A program made the position numbers and the translations under genes. Of a stretch of 64,000 nt of DNA, positions 51,921 to 61,535 are shown one piece after another; position 1 is the stretch's first letter, and each line of letters starts with the position of its first letter. Below the pieces are notes generated by a model that worked only from the letters and a program-made list of their open reading frames with translations, did no database searches and was not told the DNA's origin. Source of the DNA: an uncultured Actinomycetes bacterium (GTDB taxonomy: Bacteria > Actinomycetota > Thermoleophilia > UBA2241); assembly GCA_963755025.1 (NCBI GenBank), contig CAVWIH010000021.1, forward strand, positions 17,784 to 81,783. Direction: 5' to 3'.

Positions 51921-52928
51921 TCACAGCTCCCACCTGGTCAAGCAGGAGCCCCAGGTGAGTCCGGCGCCGAAGCCCACGATCAGCAGGCGGTCGCCCTTCT
52001 TCAGGCGGCCCTGCGCCATGGCGTCGTGCAGGCAGAGCGGGATAGAGGCGCACGAGGTGTTGCCGAAGCGGTCCATGTTCCAGAAGACCTGCTTGTCGGT
52101 GAAGCCGAGCTGCGAGGCCACCTTTTCGACGATGCGCAGGTTGGCCTGGTGAGGCACGAACAGGTCGACGTCGGCGGCAGCGACTCCCGCGTCGTCGAGC
52201 GTCTTCTGGCACGACTCGACCACGCGGCGCGTGGCGAAGCGGTAGACCTCGCGGCCGTTCATCTGCAGAAAGTGCTGGCGGGCGTCGACGGTCTCGTGGC
52301 TGGCCGGCAGCCTGGTGCCGCCGGCCGGCAGGCTGAGGAAGGGAGCGCCACTGCCGTCGTTGCCCAGGTCGAAGGCGAAGATAGAGCCGTTGTCGGAGGG
52401 CTTCACGAGCACCGCGCCGGCGCCGTCGCCGAACAGCACGCAGGTGCCGCGGTCGTCCCAGTCGAGCGCCTTCGAGACGGCCTCGGCGCCGGTGACGAGC
52501 ACGGTGTCGTAGATGCCGGCCGACACGAAGGCGGTGGCCACCGCGAGGCCGTAGACGAAGCCCGTGCAGCCCGACTGCACGTCGAAGGCGCCGGCGTTCA
52601 CGGCGCCGATCGCCTCGGCGACCAGCGACGCGGTCGCCGGAAAGAGCATGTCGGGCACCAGCGAGGTGCTGATCACGAGGTCGATGTCTTCGGCGTGATG
52701 GCCGTTCGTGGCCAGCAGGTCGTTGGCCGCCTCGATGGCCAGGTCGGACGTGGCCTGGTCGGGCCGGCAGACGCGGCGTTCCCGAATGCCGGTGCGCGAT
52801 GAGATCCATTCGTCTGAGGTGTCGAGGGCGTCGGCCAGCTCGGCGTTGGTGAGGACGCGCTCGGGAATGGAGACGCCGAGCGCGGCGATCTTGGCGCCGT
52901 GCACCAGCCCCCGGCGCAGGCCGATCAC
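51921..52928 (-). CDS. fabH: 3-oxoacyl-ACP synthase III
   Basis: [33 protein letters not shown]. Confidence 0.95.
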   Translation of the reverse strand: MIGLRRGLVHGAKIAALGVSIPERVLTNAELADALDTSDEWISSRTGIRERRVCRPDQATSDLAIEAANDLLATNGHHAEDIDLVISTSLVPDMLFPATASLVAEAIGAVNAGAFDVQSGCTGFVYGLAVATAFVSAGIYDTVLVTGAEAVSKALDWDDRGTCVLFGDGAGAVLVKPSDNGSIFAFDLGNDGSGAPFLSLPAGGTRLPASHETVDARQHFLQMNGREVYRFATRRVVESCQKTLDDAGVAAADVDLFVPHQANLRIVEKVASQLGFTDKQVFWNMDRFGNTSCASIPLCLHDAMAQGRLKKGDRLLIVGFGAGLTWGSCLTRWEL

Positions 52929-53422
52929 TGCGCTTCTTTCGGGCCGGGGCTGAGCCGCGCGTTGCCGGCCGCCGTCTCGGTGGCGTCGGTCAGGGCGAAC
53001 ATGAGCTCGCCGCGACAGGCCATATCGCCGGCGACGGTGGCGCTCACCTTGCCGCGGCCCACCGCGGCGCGGGCCATGGTGACCTCGACCTGCAGGTCGA
53101 GCGTGTCGCCCGGCACGACGACGCGCTTGAAGCGCACCTTGTCGATGCCGGCGAAGAGGATGAGCTTGCCGGCGTTGGCCGGGTGCGAGAGCGCGGTCAC
53201 GACGCCCGCCTGGGCGAGCGCCTCGACGATGAGCACGCCGGGCATGACGGGGTTACCGGGAAAGTGCCCGGCGAACCACCAGTCGTCGGCGCGCACGAGC
53301 CGGCGGGCGTGGCAGCGCTCGCCGGGCACCAGTTCGACGACCTCGTCGAGCAGCAGGAACGGCGGGCGGTGGGGAATGAGCTCTTCGATCTGGGCCAGCG
53401 TGAGGGCGACGGTCGTGCTCAT
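52925..53422 (-). CDS. fabZ: 3-hydroxyacyl-ACP dehydratase
   Basis: [29 protein letters not shown]. Confidence 0.95.
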   Translation of the reverse strand: MSTTVALTLAQIEELIPHRPPFLLLDEVVELVPGERCHARRLVRADDWWFAGHFPGNPVMPGVLIVEALAQAGVVTALSHPANAGKLILFAGIDKVRFKRVVVPGDTLDLQVEVTMARAAVGRGKVSATVAGDMACRGELMFALTDATETAAGNARLSPGPKEAQ

Positions 53423-53820
53423 GCCTGGGCCTCGCGTTCGTCGGGCTTGTGTCCGTACTTGCGCTGCAGGCCGACGACCACGGCGACGAGGGCGAGGCCG
53501 TAGTAGGCGTAGCGACGGATGCTGCGCGGCACGCGGCCGGGCAGCACGCCGCCGGTCGCCGCCGAGAGGGCGCGTTCGAGGCTCGACGGCTCGGGCTGCG
53601 CTGCGAGGGCCGCCATCACGCGGTCGGCAAAGCCGGCGGGCACGTCGACCGTGACCTCGCGGGTGGCGCGCAGCACGATGCGCGCGCCGGCGAGCTCCTG
53701 CAACTCGGCGGCGCAGTCGCCGCAGAAGCTCAGGTGCCGCTGGAACTCGACGACCTGGCCGTCGTCGAGCTCGCCGTCGATGTAGCGCTGGATGACCTCG
53801 TGGCAGGTGACGCAGTCCAT
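53419..53820 (-). CDS. Zinc-binding anti-sigma factor (zf-HC2)
   Basis: C...YIDGEL...HLSFCGDC (HxxxCxxC) and one TM helix. Confidence 0.85.
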   Translation of the reverse strand: MDCVTCHEVIQRYIDGELDDGQVVEFQRHLSFCGDCAAELQELAGARIVLRATREVTVDVPAGFADRVMAALAAQPEPSSLERALSAATGGVLPGRVPRSIRRYAYYGLALVAVVVGLQRKYGHKPDEREAQA

Positions 53821-54398
53821 CAGGTCTCCTCGTCGATCGCGCCGCCCGCCCGCAGCCGCAGACGCAGCGACGTGCGGCCGCGGTGCACGCAGGCCTTGAC
53901 CGTGCCCAGCGGCCGGTCGAGGGCGTCGGAGATCTCGCCGTAGCGCAGCCCGTAGAGGTCGCGCATGACGAGCGGGAGGCGATAGTCGGGAGGCAGGTCG
54001 GCGAGCGCCCGTATGACGCGGGCGTAGCCGTCGCGGCGCAGCACCTCGGCCACGGGGTCGGCGACGGGCTCGGGTACGTCGGGCAGCGCGCCGAACTTAC
54101 GGCCGCGCCGCTGGTAGTCGATGATCGCGTTCAGCGCCAGGCGAAAGAACCAGGTCGTGAACGTGGAGTACCCGCGAAACCCGCTGAGCTTCTGATGCAG
54201 CCGCAAGAACGCCTCTTGCGACGCGTCTTCAGCGTCGACGTGGTTGCCGAGCAGGTTGTAAGCCATCGTGTAGACCATGCCCTGGTACCTTTCGACGATC
54301 CTGCGAAACGCCTCGCGATCGCCCTCGGCCGCGGCCGCGAGATCGTGCGGGCTCGGTTCGGAGAGATCGGTGTGGTCCAGAGGGTTAGACGGCGTCAT
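53820..54398 (-). CDS. ECF RNA polymerase sigma factor
   Basis: [21 protein letters not shown]...L..P.GTVK..HRGR. Confidence 0.9.
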   Translation of the reverse strand: MTPSNPLDHTDLSEPSPHDLAAAAEGDREAFRRIVERYQGMVYTMAYNLLGNHVDAEDASQEAFLRLHQKLSGFRGYSTFTTWFFRLALNAIIDYQRRGRKFGALPDVPEPVADPVAEVLRRDGYARVIRALADLPPDYRLPLVMRDLYGLRYGEISDALDRPLGTVKACVHRGRTSLRLRLRAGGAIDEET

Positions 54399-54492
54399 AG
54401 GCGAAAAGGTTGCAGAGCGACCTCAGATGGTGGCAAAACGATGTGGCGGGCGAGACGGGCGACAAAGGCGGCCGTCGTGGTGGGGCAACAGT

Positions 54493-54962
54493 CTACACCC
54501 GCTCCGCGCCCTCGAGCCGCTTCACGAACACGCGCTGCTGCTTTTCGAGGGCGAAGCCGCGACCCCGGTAGAAGCGGTCGGCGACGTCGCGCTCCACGCG
54601 GGCACGCACGCGCAGCTCGCCGACGCCGCGCTCGAGCGACCAGGCTTCGACGGCGGCGACCAGCGCGGCGGCCACACCGCGGCGGCGGGCGGCGGCCGAC
54701 ACGATCAGTCCCTCGAGCTCGACGAAGGGCGCGCTCACCAGCAGGCGCTTCTCGGCGGCGTGCACGAAGCCCAGCAGCCCGCCGCGCTCGCCGGCGACCA
54801 CGAAGACCACGTCGGCGGCGCTCGAAAGCAGACCGTTTAGGCGGGCGGCGGTAGCGGTCGGCTCGGACGGGTAGCCGAGCTCGGTCGCCAGGGCGGCCAG
54901 CGCTGCCGCGTCGTGCGGGGCGGCCCGCCGGGCGATGGGGGCGCCGCCGGGGCGCTGCTCAC
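54493..54962 (-). CDS. GNAT acetyltransferase (separate gene or fused to the ATPase)
   Basis: LGYP, L.V...ARRRGVA..L, FYRGRGF. Confidence 0.8.
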
Positions 54963-56165
54963 CGTCAGGGGCGACAGGCGGCGCCTCGCGGCGAGACTCC
55001 GCTGCGGGGTCCTCAGCCGGCGCGCCCTGCGCACCGTCGGCCTGGTGGTCGTGGTCGTGTACGGCGGCGGTGTCGTGGGCGTGTACGGCAGCGGTGTCGC
55101 GGGCGTGCTCCCTGTGACCTTCGGCGTGGCGCGCGGCCTGGTGCTCGTGGCGGTGTTCGGCCTCATCCCCGCCGTGGCGCTCGCGGCCCGGCGGGTGGGC
55201 GTGGGCATGCGAGTGGAGCAGGGCGCCGTGGTGGTGCGCGTGCTCGTGGATGAGGTTGACCGAGAGCAGCAGCTCGCGGTCGGCCAGGACGTCGGCGAGC
55301 GGCCCGTCGGCGGCCGGCCTGTGGTCTTCGCCCAGCACGACGGCGCGGTCGACCAGGCGCTCGAGCAGGTCGAGCTGGTGGGTCGCCACGACGATCGTCT
55401 TGCCGGCGTGGTGCAGCTGCTCGAGCAGCTCGATCAGCCACTCCTGGGTGCGCGGGTCGAGGCCGTTGGTGGGCTCGTCGAGCATGAGCACTTCGGGGTT
55501 GATCGGAGAGCACCGAAGCCAGGGCGACCTTCTTCTTCTCGCCGCCGCTCAGGTTGTAGGGCGCCCGGTCGGCGAGCGCGCCGAGGCCAAGCATGGCGAG
55601 CGTATCGTCGACGCGCGCCACGATCTCGTCGTGCGGCAGGTCGAGGTGCAGGGGCCCGAAGGCGACCTCGTCGCGCACGGTCGGGTTGAAGAGCTGGGCG
55701 TCGGCGCTCTGGAACACCATGCCCACGCGGCGGCGGAATCCCTGGGCGGTCGGCCTCGTCGCGCAGTGCGCCGCCGTCGATGCGCGCGCCGAAGGCCTCG
55801 ACGGTGCCGCGCGTGGGCTCGACGAGGCCGGCGAGGAGCTTGAGCAGGGTCGACTTTCCCGAGCCGTTGGCGCCGAGTATGGCGAGGCGCTCGCCGCGGT
55901 CGACCGCCAGGTCGACCGCGGCGAGCGCCTCGACCCCGGCGCTGTAGTCGTAGCCCACGCCGGCCAGGCGGAAGAGGGCGCCGGGTGCAGCGGCGAGCGC
56001 GGGGCTGGTCTGGGCCGCATCGACCGCGGAGGCGGCCGGCGCGCCGATCGCTGAGCCGACCGGCGCGGCGTCGGTCGCAGAGGCGGCTTGCGGCGCGTCA
56101 GTCGCCGCGCCGGCCCGCGTGGCGCCGGGCGCGTCGAGCGGCCGTCCGGTCGGTCCGACGGCCAT
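54963..56165 (-). CDS. cbiO: ECF transporter ATPase CbiO/NikO with His-rich tail (frameshifted; 3' end approximate)
   Basis: [30 protein letters not shown], then HEHAHHH...H repeats. Confidence 0.85.
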
Positions 56166-57098
56166 CAGCGCGCTCCCCCGGTCAGCTCGAACCAGACCAC
56201 GACGACGAGCGCCACGGCCACGACGGCGCTCCACACGAAGTCGAGGCGCCGCAGGCGCCAGGTCGAGAGCGTGCGCGCTTCGCCCGTGTAGCCGCGCGAG
56301 ATCATGGCCAGATAGACCTGCTCGCTCGTAGCCTGTGACTTGCCGAACACGGCGGCCACTGTACCACCAAGGAAGTGGCGGTCCTCGCGGGTGGAGACGC
56401 GGCCCACGAGCCGACTGGTGCGGGCGACCGTCATGTCCTGCACGAGCCGCACCAGGGTGAAGACGTAGCGGTAGGCCACCGCCAGCACAAAGACGAAGCC
56501 GCGCGGCAGGCCGATCGCGCGCATGGCCTTGAGCAGATCGGGCCACGGCGTGGTGAGCGTGAGCAGCACGCTGAACGAGACGACCGTCGTGACCCGCAGG
56601 ACGAGCCGCCCGAAGGCAAAAAGTCCTGGCGCCGTGACCGCGAGCGTGCCCGGCAGCGGCCAGAAGGGCGCGCCGTGGGACCAGAGCGTCACCAGAGGGC
56701 GTCCCGGCGTGACGACGTTGAAGATCGCCGGGGCCATGATCGCCGCGGTGAACAGCGGGATGAACAGCCAGGCCCGGGCGGCGAACTGTCGCAGGCCTAT
56801 GCGCGAGCACGGCACGAGGACCACGGCCAGCGCCAGCAGCACCGCGAGCACGGTGACCCTCGTGGCCAAGGCGGAGATCACGACGAGCGCCAGAAGGCTG
56901 ACGAGCTTGACGCGGGGGTCAAGGCGCTGCAGCAGCCCCGGCCTGCGAGCCAGCTTGTCGGAGGTGATGGCGCGCTCCACCCAGGCGGCCAGCGTACCCA
57001 GCAGCCGGTCGGTGAACAGGCGCCGGGAACGGCGCGGACGGGCCGGCAGCGCCGGCCCGCCGCGCGCCGCTTGCCGGAGCCAGCAGCCAGGCCGGCAC
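56165..57098 (-). CDS. cbiQ: ECF transporter T component CbiQ/NikQ (start uncertain)
   Basis: LDPRVKL, AYRY, AMISRGY. Confidence 0.85.
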
Positions 57099-58232
57099 CT
57101 GCTCGGCGGAGTCGCGCTGGGCGTTGGCGCTCGTCGCCCCCGCGACGTCGGCGACGCGGGGGCTCACGGCGCCGTCGGTTCGGCGAGCCGCGCTCAGAGC
57201 GCGCCGTTCGCGGGCGGCGCCGGGACCGTTGCCCGGGGTCGCCGCCGCCCGACGTCGCAGCCGCACGAGAAGCCAGACCACCGCCGTCAAGGCGGCCACC
57301 CCGACGAGCGCGCTGACGACGTACGACACGACCGTCCAAGCCCCGCTGGCGCCGGTCCAGCTATAGCCGGGCAGCAGGCCGTGCCAGTGGCCGCCCAGGC
57401 GCGCGAAACCCTTGGGCACGTAACCGATGCGCTTGGCGATCTCGCCTGAGTCCCATTCGGCAAAGGCGCCGCCGCTGGCCAGCAGCCCCAGGGGCACGGC
57501 GGCGATGAACACGGCGACCAGGGCGACGAGCCAGCGACGGCGAAGCGGGGCGGTCGTGCCGCCGGCTTCGAACAGCTCGGGACTCTGGCGACGAAGCACG
57601 GCAAAGACGCCCACTGTGAACGCCGCTTCCACGGGGCCCACGACCAGGGCGTGCGAGCCGACCATCGCCGGAATGGTCGTCTTGAGCCCGTAAGGAGCGT
57701 ACTGGGCGACGCCGTTGACGGTGTGCAGCAGAGGCTGGATGCCGAGCTCGATGCTGTTCAGAAAGGCGGCTGCCACCAAACCGCACCAGGCCCCGATGCC
57801 GGCGGCATAGAGACGCCGGTTCGAGTGCAGGTCGCTGCCGCCGGCCACCAGGCGGTAGACGGCGTAGCCCGCGTACGGCATGACGATCGCCATGTTCAGG
57901 CAGTTGATGCCCAGCGTGAGAATGCCGCCGTCGCCGAAGAAGAAGGCCTGTATGACGAGCGCTGCGCTGACCGCCAGGCAGGCGACCTCGGGTCCGGCGA
58001 TCACGGCGATCAGCACTGCCCCGACGGCGTGCGCCGTCGTGCCCCCGGCCACGGGCACGTTGAGCATCATGACCAGGAACGAAAAGGCCGCGCCGAAGGC
58101 CAGCACCGGGATCATCTTGGGCTGCGAAAGCAGTTGCCTGGTACGACGGTTGGCGCGGTACCAGACCGGCACCGTGACCGCCCAGCCGGCGGCGATGGTC
58201 TCTGGCCCCAGGTATCCGTCGGGTATATGCAT
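56919..58232 (-). CDS. cbiM: Ni/Co ECF substrate component CbiM/NikM fused to an N (PDGLE-like) domain; true 3' end probably near 57120
   Basis: Diagnostic N-terminus MHIPDGYL, GTTAHAVG, FGDGG; C-terminal PLGLLA..AF.EW...LLPGY. Confidence 0.88.
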   Translation of the reverse strand: MHIPDGYLGPETIAAGWAVTVPVWYRANRRTRQLLSQPKMIPVLAFGAAFSFLVMMLNVPVAGGTTAHAVGAVLIAVIAGPEVACLAVSAALVIQAFFFGDGGILTLGINCLNMAIVMPYAGYAVYRLVAGGSDLHSNRRLYAAGIGAWCGLVAAAFLNSIELGIQPLLHTVNGVAQYAPYGLKTTIPAMVGSHALVVGPVEAAFTVGVFAVLRRQSPELFEAGGTTAPLRRRWLVALVAVFIAAVPLGLLASGGAFAEWDSGEIAKRIGYVPKGFARLGGHWHGLLPGYSWTGASGAWTVVSYVVSALVGVAALTAVVWLLVRLRRRAAATPGNGPGAARERRALSAARRTDGAVSPRVADVAGATSANAQRDSAEQVPAWLLAPASGARRAGAAGPSAPFPAPVHRPAAGYAGRLGGARHHLRQAGSQAGAAAAP

Positions 58233-58264
58233 GGCTCCTCTGATGCTTCCTTGGCGCCCTGGGG

Positions 58265-58699
58265 CTAGCCGGCAGTCGGGGCCTCGGGCAGTCGACACTC
58301 GCGGCAGAGACCGAACACGGTCATGCGCGCCTCGCGCACGGCGAAGCCGTCGGTGTCGAGCAGCTTGTGGCGCACGGGCTCGAGGAGCTCGTCGTCGAAG
58401 TGCCCCACCGCGCCGCAGCCCTCGCAGACGAAGTGGTGGTGCACGGGAGCGGGGGCGACCTCGTAGAAGATGGCGACGCCGGCGAGCCGGGTCTCCTGGA
58501 CGAGCTCGAGCTCGACGAGCAGCTCGAGGGTACGATAGACCGTGGAGACGTTGACCTCGGGCAGGGTCTTCTGGACTTCGGCGGCGATCTCTTCGGCGGT
58601 GCGATGGCGGCCGCCGCGGCGCACCGTGTCCCAGACCGCCGCGCGTTGCGGCGTGAGGCGGTAGCCCGCCTTGCGAATTGTTTCACGACCGTGGTGCAT
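58265..58699 (-). CDS. Fur-family metalloregulator (Nur/Zur-like)
   Basis: GYRLTPQR, STVYRTL, HHHFVCEGCG, CREC. Confidence 0.88.
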   Translation of the reverse strand: MHHGRETIRKAGYRLTPQRAAVWDTVRRGGRHRTAEEIAAEVQKTLPEVNVSTVYRTLELLVELELVQETRLAGVAIFYEVAPAPVHHHFVCEGCGAVGHFDDELLEPVRHKLLDTDGFAVREARMTVFGLCRECRLPEAPTAG

Positions 58700-58856
58700 T
58701 ACGCGACGGTATCGCAGTCGCGACTTCCTTGCAAGAGCCACCCCGTTGCCGTCGCGACGCCGGCGTGGTGTCGTACACTTGGCCCCGAGCGGTCGCCCGC
58801 GAGCGGCGCGGCCGACCGGACACCGGCGTGGCCGACCGAACAACGACGACAGGGAG

Positions 58857-59651
58857 ATGAGCGTGACCGAAAGCAAACCTCCGAACTCAGCCGACGACGC
58901 AGCGCAGCCCCCGGCCGGGGCCGTCCCCGCTCCCGGAGCTCCCTCCAGCGAAGCCCTGCCGCTGCCGCTGGGCACGACGCCGCGTTTTCAGAAGGCGCTC
59001 GACAAGGCCCTGAGCGACTGGGCGGCGGCCGACCCGGCGCGCTGCGCCGGCCTGGCCGGCTGCGAGGCCGTGGCCGGCGGCGTGCTCGTTCCGTTCTTCG
59101 GCCAGCCTCATCTGGTCACACACCCCGAAGGCGCCGTCGTGCCCCTGAGCGACGAGGCCGCCCGCGCCGCCGCGAGCGGCGGCGCACCGGCGGCGCCCGG
59201 CGATGCGCCGGCCAAGCCGGTCCACGTCTCCATCGTCATCCTGCTGCTCCACTACCTGCTGACCGCCGACGCCACGCCCCCCGCCGAGCGCTGGGTGCAG
59301 TTTCGCGAGATCCCGGGCGGCATGTTCTACGCGCAGGCCTTCGAGGCCCACACCGCGCCGCCCCTGGGCCGCCTCGTCGCCGACGTCGACCCCGACGCCT
59401 TCGCCGCCCACGTGGCCGCGTTTCGCGCCGCCGGGGCGCGCATCACCGGCGTCGACCTCGACCTCGCCGACGCCGCGCTGCGCTTCTGGGCGCTGCCGCG
59501 CCTGCCGGTGGCGGCGCTGCTGTGGGCCGGCGACGACGAGTTCCCCGGGCGCGCGGCGATCCTGTTCGACGAGCACGCCCACCATTACCTGCCGGTCGAG
59601 GACCTCTCCGGCATGGGGGAGTGGCTCGCCCACAGACTGGCGCGGGGCTAG
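58857..59651 (+). CDS. DUF3786-like protein
   Basis: LLLHYL, FREIPGG.FY..F, LPRLP, W.GDDEFP, LFD...YLP.ED. Confidence 0.75.
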   Translation: MSVTESKPPNSADDAAQPPAGAVPAPGAPSSEALPLPLGTTPRFQKALDKALSDWAAADPARCAGLAGCEAVAGGVLVPFFGQPHLVTHPEGAVVPLSDEAARAAASGGAPAAPGDAPAKPVHVSIVILLLHYLLTADATPPAERWVQFREIPGGMFYAQAFEAHTAPPLGRLVADVDPDAFAAHVAAFRAAGARITGVDLDLADAALRFWALPRLPVAALLWAGDDEFPGRAAILFDEHAHHYLPVEDLSGMGEWLAHRLARG

Positions 59652-59678
59652 AGGCCCGCGCCGCCGGAAACGCGACAC

Positions 59679-59783
59679 GACGCTCGGAGCGGTACGACAC
59701 GACGCTCGGAGCGGGGCCGGAGCGACGCTCGAAGCGGAACCGGCACGACGCTCCTGGCGGAGCTGGCAGGACGCTTGGAGCGG
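59679..59783. repeat. Five degenerate 14-bp direct repeats at 22-23 bp period
   Basis: GACGCT-N4-GCGG at 59679, 59701, 59724, 59747, 59770. Confidence 0.75.
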
Positions 59784-59805
59784 AACTAAAGAACGCGCGC
59801 GAGGC

Positions 59806-59838
59806 TTGACATCGGTCCAGCTGTGAATACAATCACAG
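59806..59838 (+). promoter_or_regulatory. Sigma70 promoter with overlapping Rex operator
   Basis: TTGACA (59806), 16 bp, TACAAT (59828); palindrome CTGTGA-N6-TCACAG (59821-38) resembles the Rex box TTGTGAA-N4-TTCACAA. Confidence 0.85.
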
Positions 59839-59848
59839 TACAGGAACC

Positions 59849-60544
59849 GTGGAGGAGTCCTTGAACGACCCCACCGAGAGGACCGCCGAGCCGCAGACGC
59901 CGGGCGACCGTGCCGAAAAGCACGTCTCATCCCAGACCGTCGAGCGTCTGAGCGCGTACCGCCGCATCCTCGAAGAGCTCGATCACGAGGGCGTCGAATA
60001 CGTCCACTCCCACCAGCTGGCCGCCCTCGTGGGCGTCACGCCGGCGCAGCTGCGCCGCGACCTCGCCAGCTTCGGCAGCTTCGGCAACATCTCGCGCGGT
60101 TACAACGTCTACCAGATGGGCCGCACCATCAGCCGCATCATGGGCACCGACACCACGCAGGCGGTCGCCCTGGTCGGCGTCGGTGACCTCGGCCGCGCCC
60201 TGCTGTCGTACCGCGGCTTCGAGGAGCGCGGCTTTCACATCGCCGCCACCTTCGACGTCGATCACGACAAAGTGGGGCGGGTGTTCGCCGGTCGCCGCTG
60301 CTACGGTCTCGACAAGCTCGAGTCGGTCATCGCCGAGCACGACATGCACATGGTCCTCCTCGCCTCGCGGCCCGAGGGGCTGCAGGGGCTCGTCGACCGC
60401 ATCGCCGCGACGGGCGTGCGCGCCTTTCTCAACTTCGTGCCGCGGCACGTCACCGCTCCCCCCAACTGCTTCGTCGAGCACATCGACATCTCCGCCAAGC
60501 TCGAGAAGCTCTCGTTCCTGGCGCTGGCCACCGCGGGCAACTGA
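59849..60544 (+). CDS. rex: Redox-sensing transcriptional repressor Rex
   Basis: RLSAYRR.L, QLRRDLASFG, GY.V, GVGDLGRAL, LNFVP. Confidence 0.92.
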   Translation: MEESLNDPTERTAEPQTPGDRAEKHVSSQTVERLSAYRRILEELDHEGVEYVHSHQLAALVGVTPAQLRRDLASFGSFGNISRGYNVYQMGRTISRIMGTDTTQAVALVGVGDLGRALLSYRGFEERGFHIAATFDVDHDKVGRVFAGRRCYGLDKLESVIAEHDMHMVLLASRPEGLQGLVDRIAATGVRAFLNFVPRHVTAPPNCFVEHIDISAKLEKLSFLALATAGN

Positions 60545-60561
60545 AGTTTTTTTCACGCCTA

Positions 60562-60579
60562 CTGTGAATCGATTCACTG
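60562..60579 (+). promoter_or_regulatory. Second Rex operator upstream of the response regulator/hyd genes
   Basis: CTGTGAATCGATTCACTG. Confidence 0.75.
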
Positions 60580-60612
60580 TTACGGCGACAACGACGCAAG
60601 GAGAGCCGACAC

Positions 60613-61068
60613 ATGGACGCGAAGAGGATCCTCGTCGTTGACGACGATCACGACCTCGTGGAGACCACCAAGACGTTCCTGGAGTCTCGTGGCTACGCCG
60701 TGAGCACGGCGCACAGCGGTCTCGAGGCGCGCGACGAGATCGCCCGGCAACGCCCCGACCTCGTGGTGCTCGACATCATGATGGACAGCGACACCGACGG
60801 CTTCAACCTGGCCTTCAGCCTGCGCGACGAGACCGAGGCCGACCGTATCCCGGTGATCATCGTCAGCGGCTTCACCAAGGAGCTCAAGACCAAGACCCAC
60901 GTCTTTGAGCCACTCATGTACGAAGAGTGGCCCGCCGCCAAGTTCTTCGAGAAGCCGGTCAAGCTCGCCGAACTGGCCCAGGCGATCGCCGGTCTGCTGG
61001 TGACGGCGACGCGCCCACCGCAGCCCAGCCGTGACTCGGTCGGCGTGACCGCGGCCCGACCGACGTGA
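60613..61068 (+). CDS. Stand-alone response regulator receiver protein
   Basis: ILVVDDD, LDIMM (phospho-Asp), VSG, EKP. Confidence 0.88.
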   Translation: MDAKRILVVDDDHDLVETTKTFLESRGYAVSTAHSGLEARDEIARQRPDLVVLDIMMDSDTDGFNLAFSLRDETEADRIPVIIVSGFTKELKTKTHVFEPLMYEEWPAAKFFEKPVKLAELAQAIAGLLVTATRPPQPSRDSVGVTAARPT

Positions 61069-61535
61069 CCATCACCGCCGCCGACGACGTCATCGCCGCC
61101 CACGGCGACCTCGGCCACGAGCAGCTCATCCCCCTGCTGCAGGCGATCCAGCACGTCGACGGGTTCATCTCAGAGGCCGCCATGGAGCGTCTGGCGGTCG
61201 CGCTCGCGACGCCGGTCAGCCACGTCTACGGCGTCGCCACCTTCTACAACCAGTTCCGTTTCGCGGCGCTTGGCGAACACGTGATCGAGGTCTGTCGCGG
61301 CACCTCGTGTCACCTCGAGGAGAGCCGCGCGCTCGCGCGCCACCTCGAGCGGCGGCTCGAGCTGCGCGACGGCGCCTCGGCCGACGGCCGCTACACCGTG
61401 CTCGGCGTGGCCTGCCTGGGCGCCTGCGCCGTGGCCCCGGCCATCAAGATCGACGGCGAGTTCTACGGCCACCTCACCGCGCAGGCGCTCGACGACCTCC
61501 TGGACGGGCTCGAGGCAAGCACGAGACCACAATGA
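61065..61535 (+). CDS. HydC/NuoE-like [2Fe-2S] subunit
   Basis: GVATFY, CRGTSCH, CLGAC..AP. Confidence 0.9.
   Translation: MTITAADDVIAAHGDLGHEQLIPLLQAIQHVDGFISEAAMERLAVALATPVSHVYGVATFYNQFRFAALGEHVIEVCRGTSCHLEESRALARHLERRLELRDGASADGRYTVLGVACLGACAVAPAIKIDGEFYGHLTAQALDDLLDGLEASTRPQ

Noticed and set aside
48881-53422. Type II polyketide or aryl-polyene cluster
   Set aside because: Single canonical FabF, no chain-length factor, ACP, cyclase or tailoring genes.
59679-59783. Possible CRISPR array
   Set aside because: Repeats of 14 bp and spacers of 8-9 bp are far too short.
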